Both the position numbers and the translations under genes were made by a program. The notes under the pieces were generated by a model. The model had not been told where the DNA came from, did not search any database, and saw only the letters and a program-made list of their open reading frames with translations. From an uncultured bacterium (lineage in GTDB: Bacteria; Myxococcota_A; UBA796), in NCBI GenBank assembly GCA_963932775.1, contig CAWVVG010000001.1, positions 1-40,697 on the forward strand: a stretch of DNA of 40,697 bases, read 5' to 3'. The stretch's first letter is position 1, and every line of letters starts with the position of its first letter. Positions 1-7,939 of this stretch are shown here, in pieces.

Positions 1-1392
1 GGCCAAGGCTGGGTCAGCCACAACCAACTCTGCGATATTGATCCCCCTCATGCCGTAGCTCTTGGACAATAGGTCGGCGGTACGCTTGGTCAGCAGGCCG
101 TCAGATGCAATCAGAATTCGTTCAGCTACCGCTTCACAATCACCGGACTCCGGCCACCCAACCGCTCCAGGCAGCGGGTTCAGATCGGTCTCAGGCATTT
201 GGAGTCCTGTCAGGCCTTCGCCGCGGTCGTCGAGGGTCTCCAGAACCAGGTTGATGAGTTCTGTACCCATTCGTCGGTAGGTGGTCAGTTTTCCGCCAGC
301 GATGGTGATGAGTCCATCGGGCTCGACGGTGATGATGTGCTCACGAGATACGCTCGACTCGGTCTCTGCCGCCTCCTGGCTTACGAGTGGTCGAACACCT
401 GCCCAGGTAGCGATCACGTCGTCGGGGCCGATGGACGCTTCTGGAAAGTAGTCATTGGTTGCTGCGATCAGGTAGGCCACATCCTCCCTGTTGGCTTTGA
501 CCGCCCCAGGATCACCTGCGAAGTCGGTGTCGGTGGTTCCGATGTAGGTTTCGTCACCCCATGGAATGGTAAAGAAGACCCGTCCATCCGTGGGGTGCAG
601 ACATACCACGGCATGGGTGATGGGCAGGCGCTTGGCGCTGACCACGATGTGAATGCCCTTGGTTGGCCGCATTCTGGGTGTCGGTACAGTACCATCGAGG
701 GCGCGGGTGTCATCGGACCAGGGACCCGTCGCATTCACGATGGCTTTCGCTGTGATCGTGGAGACTTCGCCCGTGAGCTGATCTCGCACCTCGGCTGCCA
801 CCACATTTCGGCCCTCGCGCAGCAGGCGAGTCACCCGGGTGTGGGTTCGAATCTCTGCGCCGTGGCGTTCGGCATCGAGCATGGTCTCCAGTGTCAATCG
901 GGCGTCATCGGTTGCGCAGTCGTAGTACACCGGCGCGCCTTTGAGTCCATCGGAGCGAAGCGCTGGCTCGGCCTTGAGCACCTTGGCTCGACTGAGGGTC
1001 TTGTGAACCTTTGGCGAGCGGAACAGGCTCAAGCCGTCGTACAGCCACATGCCTATATTGATGGTGAACATTCCCCTTCGAGAGTCCCCAAAAACGGGCA
1101 ACAGGAATGGCATCGGGCGGACCAGGTGAGGTGCGATCTCGAGGAGAATTCGCCGCTCAGCTACCGCTTCGAAGACCAAAGAGATTTCACCTTGTTCCAG
1201 GTATCGAAGACCACCGTGTACCAACTTGGAGGACCGTGAGCTGGTGCCGCTGGCGATGTCGCCTTGTTCTACAACGACGACTCGGACGCCCCTGCGTGCA
1301 GCATCTCGTGCGGCTCCAGCGCCTGTAATACCGCCGCCAATGATCAATACATCGGTCTCGGAACTGGATGGGTTGGTCTGGCGTTGCCCCAT
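1..1392 (-). CDS. glpD: FAD-dependent glycerol-3-phosphate dehydrogenase (N-terminal 464 codons; C-terminus runs off the window edge)
   Basis: Absent from the ORF track because it is open at position 1. Hand translation of the minus strand from ATG 1392-1390 gives MGQRQTNPSSSETDVLIIGGGITGAGAARDAARRGVRVVVVEQGDIASGTSSRSSKLVHGGLRYLEQGE...KGIHIVV...TIPWGDETYIGTTDTD...IAGGKLTTYRRM. These are the GlpD Rossmann fold and signature motifs. The frame stays open for all 464 codons. Confidence 0.85.
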   Translation of the reverse strand, partial: MGQRQTNPSSSETDVLIIGGGITGAGAARDAARRGVRVVVVEQGDIASGTSSRSSKLVHGGLRYLEQGEISLVFEAVAERRILLEIAPHLVRPMPFLLPVFGDSRRGMFTINIGMWLYDGLSLFRSPKVHKTLSRAKVLKAEPALRSDGLKGAPVYYDCATDDARLTLETMLDAERHGAEIRTHTRVTRLLREGRNVVAAEVRDQLTGEVSTITAKAIVNATGPWSDDTRALDGTVPTPRMRPTKGIHIVVSAKRLPITHAVVCLHPTDGRVFFTIPWGDETYIGTTDTDFAGDPGAVKANREDVAYLIAATNDYFPEASIGPDDVIATWAGVRPLVSQEAAETESSVSREHIITVEPDGLITIAGGKLTTYRRMGTELINLVLETLDDRGEGLTGLQMPETDLNPLPGAVGWPESGDCEAVAERILIASDGLLTKRTADLLSKSYGMRGINIAELVVADPALA

Positions 1393-1407
1393 GCTAGGCT
1401 CCTGAGT

Positions 1408-1845
1408 TTATTGTCGCTCCAACTCGATTCTGCACAAGACGTCGCCGCTGGTTTGGTGGTCGATTTTTAAAGAGCGGCCCTCCCATGTGGTCGTGGGGTC
1501 CTCGCAACCGAAGCCAATGGATCCCAACGGACCCCCATCTGCGGTGCAAGAGTCAACACGGAGTATGACACCCCCATCGATGTTGCGTTCGGCGGAGCCA
1601 ATCGTACCGACCATCACGAAGTCGCACTCGATGTCATCGGTCTCGTCGTCATTGTCTTGGCGACAGGTCAGCGCATTGCTCATCCGTCCCTCGAATTCAG
1701 TGTCACCGAACTCGTTCATTTCAATGGTGAAGTCAGCGGGCCCCTTGCGGCCATCTTCGCATTTCATCTTGCCGGACCACTCGCCCTCAATGCCAGAACA
1801 AGCAGTAGCGAGGGCCAAGGAAATCATCAGGATTGTGCTGCGCAT
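1408..1845 (-). CDS. hypothetical lipoprotein (acidic, Cys-rich)
   Basis: 145-aa ORF. Signal peptide MRSTILMISLALATAC carries a lipobox (L-A-T-A-C). The stop lies 15 nt upstream of the glpD start on the same strand. Confidence 0.65.
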   Translation of the reverse strand: MRSTILMISLALATACSGIEGEWSGKMKCEDGRKGPADFTIEMNEFGDTEFEGRMSNALTCRQDNDDETDDIECDFVMVGTIGSAERNIDGGVILRVDSCTADGGPLGSIGFGCEDPTTTWEGRSLKIDHQTSGDVLCRIELERQ

Positions 1846-1901
1846 CGGTTCCTCCGAAGTTTGACTGACACATAACCGGGCCCTCGGGTTAGAGCGCGGC
1901 C

Positions 1902-2735
1902 ATGCCTGTGATCAGTTTGACTTCTCTCCACCCGAGCCTGTCTGCAGATGGTTCGGTCCTTCGAATCAACATCAATCATGGTTCCGTCAATGAGATGGGC
2001 TCTGTGGAATTGAAGGACTGGTCCGCATTGACCGCGCACTTGGAGGTTGGAACTGTAGGTGCATTGATCACTACCAGCGACAAGGTGACCCGCAGCGGGA
2101 AGTCGATCTTTATCGCTGGTGCGAATGTGACGGAGCGGGTGGGCTGGTCAGACGATCAGATAAAGACCCATGTTCGGTGGCAGCGGACGACCCTTGCAGG
2201 GCTTCGCCGGGCACCGGTGTTTCACGTCACGGTGGTGGATGGTCTGGCACTGGGGTGGGGCACCGAGTTTCTGCTCACTGCCGACTACCGGATCGCGACC
2301 AAGTCAGCTCGGTTTTCCCTGCCGGAGACGGGCATTGGAATCTTGCCGGGAGCCGGAGGTACGGGCGAGCTCTCTCGCATCATTGGCCCCAATCAGGCGC
2401 TCCGTCTGGGGATGACCGGTGAGCGGATCACGGGGGAGGAAGCTTTGCGCATCGGTCTGGTCGACGAATTGTTCGATAACAGCGACGAGGCCACGGCCCG
2501 GGCGGAGGAGCTGGCGCTGCTCGCTGCTCGACGCTCACCCACAGCAGTGGCGGCCTTCAAAAAGGGTGTCCTGGCTTCTCTGTCCATGGGTGAAGACGAA
2601 CGAACCGAGATGGAGGCCAGGGCTTATGAGCACTGCGTCGACACCGGTCAAGCCGCCATTGGTCGGGCCAATTTCAAGGCCATTACCGGTGGAGAGCGGG
2701 TCGAGTGGGGTCCGAGGACCAAGCTCGAGAGTTGA
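1902..2735 (+). CDS. enoyl-CoA hydratase/isomerase (crotonase) family protein
   Basis: 277-aa ORF with a crotonase core: FIAGANV..., GLALGWGTEFLLTADYRIA, FSLPETGIGILPGAGGTGELSRIIG, MTGERITGEEALRIGLVDELF. Confidence 0.85.
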   Translation: MPVISLTSLHPSLSADGSVLRININHGSVNEMGSVELKDWSALTAHLEVGTVGALITTSDKVTRSGKSIFIAGANVTERVGWSDDQIKTHVRWQRTTLAGLRRAPVFHVTVVDGLALGWGTEFLLTADYRIATKSARFSLPETGIGILPGAGGTGELSRIIGPNQALRLGMTGERITGEEALRIGLVDELFDNSDEATARAEELALLAARRSPTAVAAFKKGVLASLSMGEDERTEMEARAYEHCVDTGQAAIGRANFKAITGGERVEWGPRTKLES

Positions 2736-2736
2736 G

Positions 2737-3297
2737 CTACTCGCTCTTGAGGTTCACATTGAATTCGACGGACATGTCCGGGTAGAGCGTCGAGATAAAG
2801 ATGCTCGGGTCCGGGACATTGAAGTCGGTCCACTTGAAGGCATGTTTGCCGCTCAGCGCGAGGCCGCTGTCCGTAAAGCTGTAGGTCGCCGGTATGCTCA
2901 CATTCTTGGAGGTGTCTCGGATCTTTAGGCTGCCCTTTAGAACGACACTTCCGGTACCAGCACCGGTCTTAAGCCCTTCCACGCCACCTTCGATGCTGTT
3001 TACAGAGAAGGTGATGGTCGAAAACTTGTCCGACTCGAGGCAGAACTCGTGCATTTTGGTGTCACGTGGCCCCAGTGCGGTGGTCATGGACTTGGTCTGC
3101 ACGACCAATGAGCCCTTGAGCGCATCGGTGTCGAGGGAAGTGGAGAATGACTTCGCTTTGCCTTCAATCCCATGAAGAGACGCCGTGTTGTGGAAGGTCA
3201 CGGTGCCGGCGCTGTTGCCCTTGTACGTGCCCGCTTGGGCAAGTGGACTGAAGGCCGCGGAAGCAAGCAAGGAGAGAAAGGAAAAGGTTTTAAACAT
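2737..3297 (-). CDS. YceI-like (polyisoprenoid/lipid-binding) secreted protein
   Basis: ORF 2737-3342 trimmed to the internal ATG at 3297, giving MFKTFSFLSLLASAAFSPLAQAG (signal peptide). The body, ...VTFHNTASLHGIEGKAKSF...GSLKIRDTSKNVSIPATYSF...FKWTDFNV, resembles the YceI beta-barrel family. Confidence 0.75.
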   Translation of the reverse strand: MFKTFSFLSLLASAAFSPLAQAGTYKGNSAGTVTFHNTASLHGIEGKAKSFSTSLDTDALKGSLVVQTKSMTTALGPRDTKMHEFCLESDKFSTITFSVNSIEGGVEGLKTGAGTGSVVLKGSLKIRDTSKNVSIPATYSFTDSGLALSGKHAFKWTDFNVPDPSIFISTLYPDMSVEFNVNLKSE

Positions 3298-3352
3298 TTG
3301 GGTCCTCTTGGGTTCGCATAGGGGGTCGGCAGAAGGTACCATATTCGCAATT

Positions 3353-4411
3353 ATGTTGATTGCATCCGTTTCAGGGGCGCTCCCCGACCACTACTACGAC
3401 CAAGACGCATTGATTGCGGGCTTTCTTCAGAGCTGGTCGGAGCATCACCACAACCCTGATCGCCTCGTCCGACTCCACCAAGCGGTGCAGGTGGGTGGGC
3501 GGCATCTCGCACTTCCGATGGAGCGGTACCGGTCCCTTAGTTTTGGGGAGGCCAATGATGCATTCATTGAGGTTGGGACGGTCATCGGAGCCCGGGCAGT
3601 CGAAGACGCATTGGCTGCTGTGGGGCTTACCCCGAAAGATGTCGACGTTATCTTTACGACCACCGTCACAGGAATTGCCACACCTTCACTGGATGCACGC
3701 CTGGTGAACCGGCTGGGGTTGCGCACCGACGTAAAGCGGGTGCCCATGTTTGGGCTTGGGTGTGTCGCGGGCGCTGCGGGCACCGCCAGGCTTCATGATT
3801 ACCTCGAGGGGCACCCGAATGAAGTGGGCGTATTGCTCAGTGTGGAGTTGTGTTCCCTCACGCTTCAGCGAGGGGACTTCTCCATTGCCAACCTCATTGC
3901 CAGTGGACTGTTTGGTGACGGGGCTGCCGCGTTGGTCGGTGTGGGCGAGGAGCGGGCAACAAAGCTGGGCCTGACAGGACCGAGAGTCCAGGCCACGATG
4001 AGCCGATTCTACCCAGACACAGAGCGGGTAATGGGTTGGGATGTGAGCGATACGGGCTTTCAGATTGTGCTGGATGCTTCTGTTCCCGATGTGGTTCGAA
4101 CCCACATTCGCGCGGACGTCGACGGCTTCCTGGGCTCGCTTGGTTTGGGGCTGCAGGATGTGGCGACTTGGGTAGCCCATCCGGGTGGACCCAAGGTATT
4201 GACCGCCTTTGAGGAATGCCTGGAGCTGCCGCCGGATGCCTTAAAACGCACTTGGGTTTCATTGAACGATGTAGGCAATCTTTCGAGCGCCAGCGTGCTG
4301 ATGGTCTTGCGAGACACCCTCGCGGAGGCCACCCCGCCAGCAGGCAGTCATGGCATGCTGATGGCGATGGGGCCGGGCTTTTGCTCTGAGTTGGTGCTCC
4401 TTCAATGGTGA
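3353..4411 (+). CDS. type III polyketide synthase (chalcone/stilbene synthase superfamily)
   Basis: ORF 3185-4411 trimmed to ATG 3353 (MLIASVSGALPDHYYDQDAL). Active-site contexts are present: Cys in MFGLGCVAGAAG, His in WVAHPGGPKVL, Asn in NDVGNLSSASVLMVL, plus the C-terminal MGPGF. Confidence 0.9.
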   Translation: MLIASVSGALPDHYYDQDALIAGFLQSWSEHHHNPDRLVRLHQAVQVGGRHLALPMERYRSLSFGEANDAFIEVGTVIGARAVEDALAAVGLTPKDVDVIFTTTVTGIATPSLDARLVNRLGLRTDVKRVPMFGLGCVAGAAGTARLHDYLEGHPNEVGVLLSVELCSLTLQRGDFSIANLIASGLFGDGAAALVGVGEERATKLGLTGPRVQATMSRFYPDTERVMGWDVSDTGFQIVLDASVPDVVRTHIRADVDGFLGSLGLGLQDVATWVAHPGGPKVLTAFEECLELPPDALKRTWVSLNDVGNLSSASVLMVLRDTLAEATPPAGSHGMLMAMGPGFCSELVLLQW

Positions 4412-4932
4412 GCACCGCGACGGCTTACTTCGTGTTCATGGGACTGACGGGCATCGAGCGGCTTGTGGAGCTTCGGGTGGGGCGCCGAAACTACCAGTGG
4501 AGCATGTCTCAGGGCGGTGTGGAGTATGGCCAGGGCCACTGGCCTTGGATGGTGTTGCTGCACACGGGCTTCTTGGTGGGCTGTGTCGCAGAAGCATGGC
4601 TCTTTTCGCCACCGTTTCATCCCATCGTTGGACCCGCCATGTTGGTGTTGGCCGTCCTCTGCCAGACGCTTCGTTGGTGGTGCATCCGTACACTGGGGCA
4701 CCGCTGGAATCCGAGGGTCGTTGTGATTCCCGACACCGAGCGGGCAACGGGTGGCCCCTACCGGTTCTTGTCGCACCCCAATTATGTTGCCGTGGCCCTC
4801 GAGGGGGTAGCCTTGCCCATGATTTTCGGTGGATGGAGAACGGCCATCGCCTTTACCGTCCTGAATGGGTGGCTGATGCTTGTGCGAATCCGTTGCGAGA
4901 ATCAAGCCACATCACAGCTGAGGGTTCCGTGA
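4405..4932 (+). CDS. isoprenylcysteine carboxyl methyltransferase (ICMT)-family membrane methyltransferase
   Basis: 175-aa multi-TM ORF with the ICMT-type C-terminal motif GPYRFLSHPNYVAVALEGVALPMIFG. Its ATG overlaps the PKS stop (ATGGTGA, 4405-4411). Confidence 0.8.
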   Translation: MVSTATAYFVFMGLTGIERLVELRVGRRNYQWSMSQGGVEYGQGHWPWMVLLHTGFLVGCVAEAWLFSPPFHPIVGPAMLVLAVLCQTLRWWCIRTLGHRWNPRVVVIPDTERATGGPYRFLSHPNYVAVALEGVALPMIFGGWRTAIAFTVLNGWLMLVRIRCENQATSQLRVP

Positions 4933-5165
4933 ACCGACAACAGATTCAAGAAGAACTCTCTACCGTGGCCATCCGAGAATTGAAGCTGGAGGGTGAGCTG
5001 TCATCGGGTGAGTTGGCGGACCAGCTCGACAGTATGCAGCGACTCACACTGGTGGTAGCAATCGAGGACCACTTCAAGATTTGTTTCGATCCGGATGACG
5101 AGGAGCAGATCCGCGATGTGAGCGATCTGGTGGGCCTGATTCACCGAAAGCTGGGCGAGCGTTGA
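4929..5165 (+). CDS. stand-alone acyl carrier protein
   Basis: A GTG start at 4929 overlaps the upstream TGA (GTGA). The 78-aa product VNRQQIQEEL...ELADQLDSMQRLTLVVAIEDHF...LVGLIHRKLGER has the ACP helix II DSM/L serine motif. It is embedded in the tail of the longer spurious ORF 4497-5165. Confidence 0.75.
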   Translation: MNRQQIQEELSTVAIRELKLEGELSSGELADQLDSMQRLTLVVAIEDHFKICFDPDDEEQIRDVSDLVGLIHRKLGER

Positions 5166-6889
5166 TGGAAAGCACGCTGTACAGAGTCCTCCAGAGGGCG
5201 GCCTCACTCAACCTGGAGGGTGCGGGCTTTCGGTATCTGGACCGGCGAGAGCAGGCGGTCTTTCGAAGCTTTCCCGACCTCGCCTGCCGCGCTGGCCGTC
5301 TCGCAGCGGGCTTGGTCAAACAGGGGGTGACATCGGGCGACACGGTGGCCATCGTGTTGCCGACCACGCCTGAGTTCACCGACATTTTCTTCGCGTGCTG
5401 CCACATTGGAGCCATTCCAGTGCCCCTGTATCCACCGGTGCGACTCGGTCGCCTGGATGAGTACTTCGAGCGTACCGCGACCATGCTGAGCCAGGTCGAG
5501 GCCAAAATCATGGTGACCGATGCACGGGTCGGCAAGCTGATGGGTTCGGTTGTCGCTCGCTATCGGCCGCCTGCCGGAATGCATCGGGTGGATTCACTGT
5601 TGGAAGATGTGGCGTGTACACCCCAGCCACCAAAACCCGATGATGTGGCCATGGTGCAGTTCTCGTCCGGTACGACGGGAGCCCCCAAGCCGGTTGTCTT
5701 GACCCATCGGCAGGTGCTCTCCAACGCCAATGCGATTTTAGACATTGAGCCCGATGACGACGACTTCAGCCCCAGTGCGGTCAGTTGGCTGCCGCTGTAC
5801 CACGACATGGGACTCATTGGATGTGTAATCCCTGCGCTTATGTATCCGGCGGAACTGACCTTGATTCCCCCAGAAGCATTTCTCGCCAAGCCAGCGCTGT
5901 GGCTGCGTGCCATCAGTCGGTATCGGGGGCTCATTTCTCCCGCGCCGAACTTCGCCTATGCGCTCGCTGTGGAGCGAATACAGGATGATCAACTGGAGGG
6001 TGTCGATCTGTCCTGCTGGCGGTTTGCACTCAATGGGGCTGAGCCGACCAGTGCCGACACCATGCGAGCCTTCATTGACCGCTTCGCTGCTTGGGGACTC
6101 CGGCCGGAAGCCCTCACGCCCGTCTATGGGCTGAGTGAGGCGGCACTGGCTGTTACCTTTGGCGAAGCGGACGCACCCTTTTTGTCGCGGCACTTTGATG
6201 CCCAAGAACTCAGCGGTGGGCGCGCAGTCATTGTGGAGTCCGGGGCTGAGATATCGAGCGTTGGGCGCCCCCTTCGTGGGTTCGAGATCCAGATTCGAGA
6301 CGGCAGTGGGAGTGTGCTCTCCGATGGGCATATTGGTCGGCTGTGGGCCAGTGGGCCTTCGGTGATGGACCGCTACCTGGACGGCAGCCCGCCACCGAGA
6401 GACGGTGACTGGCTGGATACCGGCGATCTGGGCTTTGTCCTGGAAGAAGAGCTGTACATCACGGGTCGAGCAAAGGACGTGATCATCATCCGTGGCCGCA
6501 ATCACAATCCGCACACCTTGGAAGTACCCCTCGATACCGTCGATGGGGTTCGTACCGGGTGCAGTGCAGTGGTGTCGGAAATTCAAGGGGGTGGAGAGCG
6601 CATCTTTGTGTTCGTAGAGACCCGTGGTGAGGTTGCGGACGACCTCGCTGAGCGGTGTCGAGTGGCGGTTCGTGCTGCCACCGGTGTGGACCCAGATGTG
6701 GTCATTCCTCTTGCTGCGGGAACCTTGCCTCGGACATCGAGTGGTAAGATTCGCCGTTGTGAGACCATGGCACGCTGGCAGGCCGGCACCCTGGTAGCCC
6801 CCAAGGCAGTCACACCACTTCGCATGGCGGGCGCCCTCGCGCGCAGCGCTTGGTCTGAGTGGAATGCTCGGCATAGTCCCAGTGATTGA
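5165..6889 (+). CDS. fatty acyl-AMP ligase (FAAL-type adenylating enzyme)
   Basis: ATG at 5165 overlaps the ACP stop (TGATG). Adenylation core motifs present: FSSGTTGAPKPVVLTH, WLPLYHDMGLIG, NGAEP, YGLSEA, WLDTGDLGF, GRAKDVIIIRGRNHNP, PRTSSGKIRR. The N-terminal layout is FadD32/FAAL-like. Confidence 0.85.
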   Translation: MESTLYRVLQRAASLNLEGAGFRYLDRREQAVFRSFPDLACRAGRLAAGLVKQGVTSGDTVAIVLPTTPEFTDIFFACCHIGAIPVPLYPPVRLGRLDEYFERTATMLSQVEAKIMVTDARVGKLMGSVVARYRPPAGMHRVDSLLEDVACTPQPPKPDDVAMVQFSSGTTGAPKPVVLTHRQVLSNANAILDIEPDDDDFSPSAVSWLPLYHDMGLIGCVIPALMYPAELTLIPPEAFLAKPALWLRAISRYRGLISPAPNFAYALAVERIQDDQLEGVDLSCWRFALNGAEPTSADTMRAFIDRFAAWGLRPEALTPVYGLSEAALAVTFGEADAPFLSRHFDAQELSGGRAVIVESGAEISSVGRPLRGFEIQIRDGSGSVLSDGHIGRLWASGPSVMDRYLDGSPPPRDGDWLDTGDLGFVLEEELYITGRAKDVIIIRGRNHNPHTLEVPLDTVDGVRTGCSAVVSEIQGGGERIFVFVETRGEVADDLAERCRVAVRAATGVDPDVVIPLAAGTLPRTSSGKIRRCETMARWQAGTLVAPKAVTPLRMAGALARSAWSEWNARHSPSD

Positions 6890-7922
6890 TGTCGTGGTCG
6901 TTGGGGGAGGTCCTGCCGGCCTCTCTGCTGCCATCATGGCCAAGCAAGCCGGCCTCGATGTGGTCGTCTTTGAGGCGAAGGCTGGCACCATAGATAAAGC
7001 CTGTGGAGAGGGGCTGATGCCCAAAGCTCTGTTGGCCTTGGACCGAATGGGCGTGGCCCGTCCAGCTGGGATGCCATTCAATGGCATTCGGTATGTGGAC
7101 GATTCAGGGATGGCTCAAGCAACATTCTCTATGGGGCCTGGACTGGGTGTTCGACGGACGGAGCTTTATAGAGTCCTTCGAAGTCGTGTGGATGAGTTGG
7201 GAATCTCCGTGAGGGTCCAGCGTGTCAAGGAGTGGAGTCAGGACGATGCTGGCGTCACGGTGGAGGGCTGCAGGGCCCGCTGGATGTTTGCGGCCGATGG
7301 TCTCCGTTCACCCATTCGGGCACAGCTGGGACTGGGGGCAGAGCCTCGATTTCCTCCCCGCCTGGGCATCCGGCGTCACTTTGCCGTCGCACCTTGGGCA
7401 GAGTTTGTGGAGATTCACTGGAGCCCATTGGCGGAAGCTTATGTGACACCGGTGGGCCCAAATGAGGTTGGCGTGGCCATCCTGTATTCCCCAGATGCGC
7501 AACCACCAGGGGCGGGCGATCCCTTCTCTCGGTGGATGAACGCTTTTCCGGCATTGTCAGCCCGACTCGGAGAGCCGGTATCTGAAGCCCGGGGGGCCGG
7601 GCCTTTCGAGCAGCGTGTGAAGACGCCGATGGAAGGCAGGATTCTGTTGATTGGAGATGCGGCAGGCTACCTCGATCCGATCACAGGCGAAGGAATTCGT
7701 TTGGGCTTGTATACAGCCAACGCCGCGGTTCAGGCCGTGGTTTCGAGTCGGATAGAGTCCTACCCAGCCATGTGCCGTCCGGGGCTTCGTCGCTACTGGA
7801 TTCTCACCTCAGGCCTTCTATTTATTCGGCGTCGAGACTGGCTCCGGCGTCGATTGGTTCCATTTCTGGCTCGGTTTCCACGCATCTTTCGGTTTGCATT
7901 GGATTCCCTCAACCACGCCTGA
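6864..7922 (+). CDS. FAD-dependent oxidoreductase (geranylgeranyl-reductase / aromatic-hydroxylase-like flavoprotein)
   Basis: Has DVVVVGGGPAGLSAAIMAKQAGLDVVVFE (GxGxxG plus acidic end), KACGEGL, and GDAAGYLDPITGEGI. The start is either ATG 6864 or GTG 6882; both overlap the ligase 3' end. Confidence 0.8.
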   Translation: MLGIVPVIDVVVVGGGPAGLSAAIMAKQAGLDVVVFEAKAGTIDKACGEGLMPKALLALDRMGVARPAGMPFNGIRYVDDSGMAQATFSMGPGLGVRRTELYRVLRSRVDELGISVRVQRVKEWSQDDAGVTVEGCRARWMFAADGLRSPIRAQLGLGAEPRFPPRLGIRRHFAVAPWAEFVEIHWSPLAEAYVTPVGPNEVGVAILYSPDAQPPGAGDPFSRWMNAFPALSARLGEPVSEARGAGPFEQRVKTPMEGRILLIGDAAGYLDPITGEGIRLGLYTANAAVQAVVSSRIESYPAMCRPGLRRYWILTSGLLFIRRRDWLRRRLVPFLARFPRIFRFALDSLNHA

Positions 7923-7939
7923 GTTCGGTACCATGGGGC

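Noticed and set aside
199-1239. 346-aa + strand ORF, plus smaller ORFs at 62-280 and 468-734, covering the left end of the window
   Set aside because: The product has odd composition and no recognisable motifs. The opposite strand translates cleanly into GlpD across the whole interval, so these are antisense shadow ORFs typical of high-GC DNA.
3185-3352. N-terminal extensions offered by the ORF track. Examples are 3185 for the PKS, 7772 for the EEP-like gene, 18904 for argG, 9849 for the TlpA-like gene, 26688 for the lipoprotein, 36047 for ccmG, 38469 for ccmE and 39267 for ccmC.
   Set aside because: The extensions overlap upstream genes or encode non-homologous leader sequence. Internal ATGs give canonical N-termini or signal peptides, often with RBSs or ATGA-type coupling.
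4090-4106. tRNA T-arm look-alike TGTGG-TTCGAAC-CCACA. A second GGTTCGAATC string lies at 843-853.
   Set aside because: Both lie inside well-supported CDSs (type III PKS and glpD). No matching acceptor, D or anticodon stems can be drawn around either, so they are not tRNAs.
5738-7087. 449-aa minus-strand ORF opposite the fatty acyl-AMP ligase
   Set aside because: The product is Pro/Arg/Gly-rich and looks like nonsense. The + strand carries unambiguous adenylation motifs, so this is a shadow ORF.
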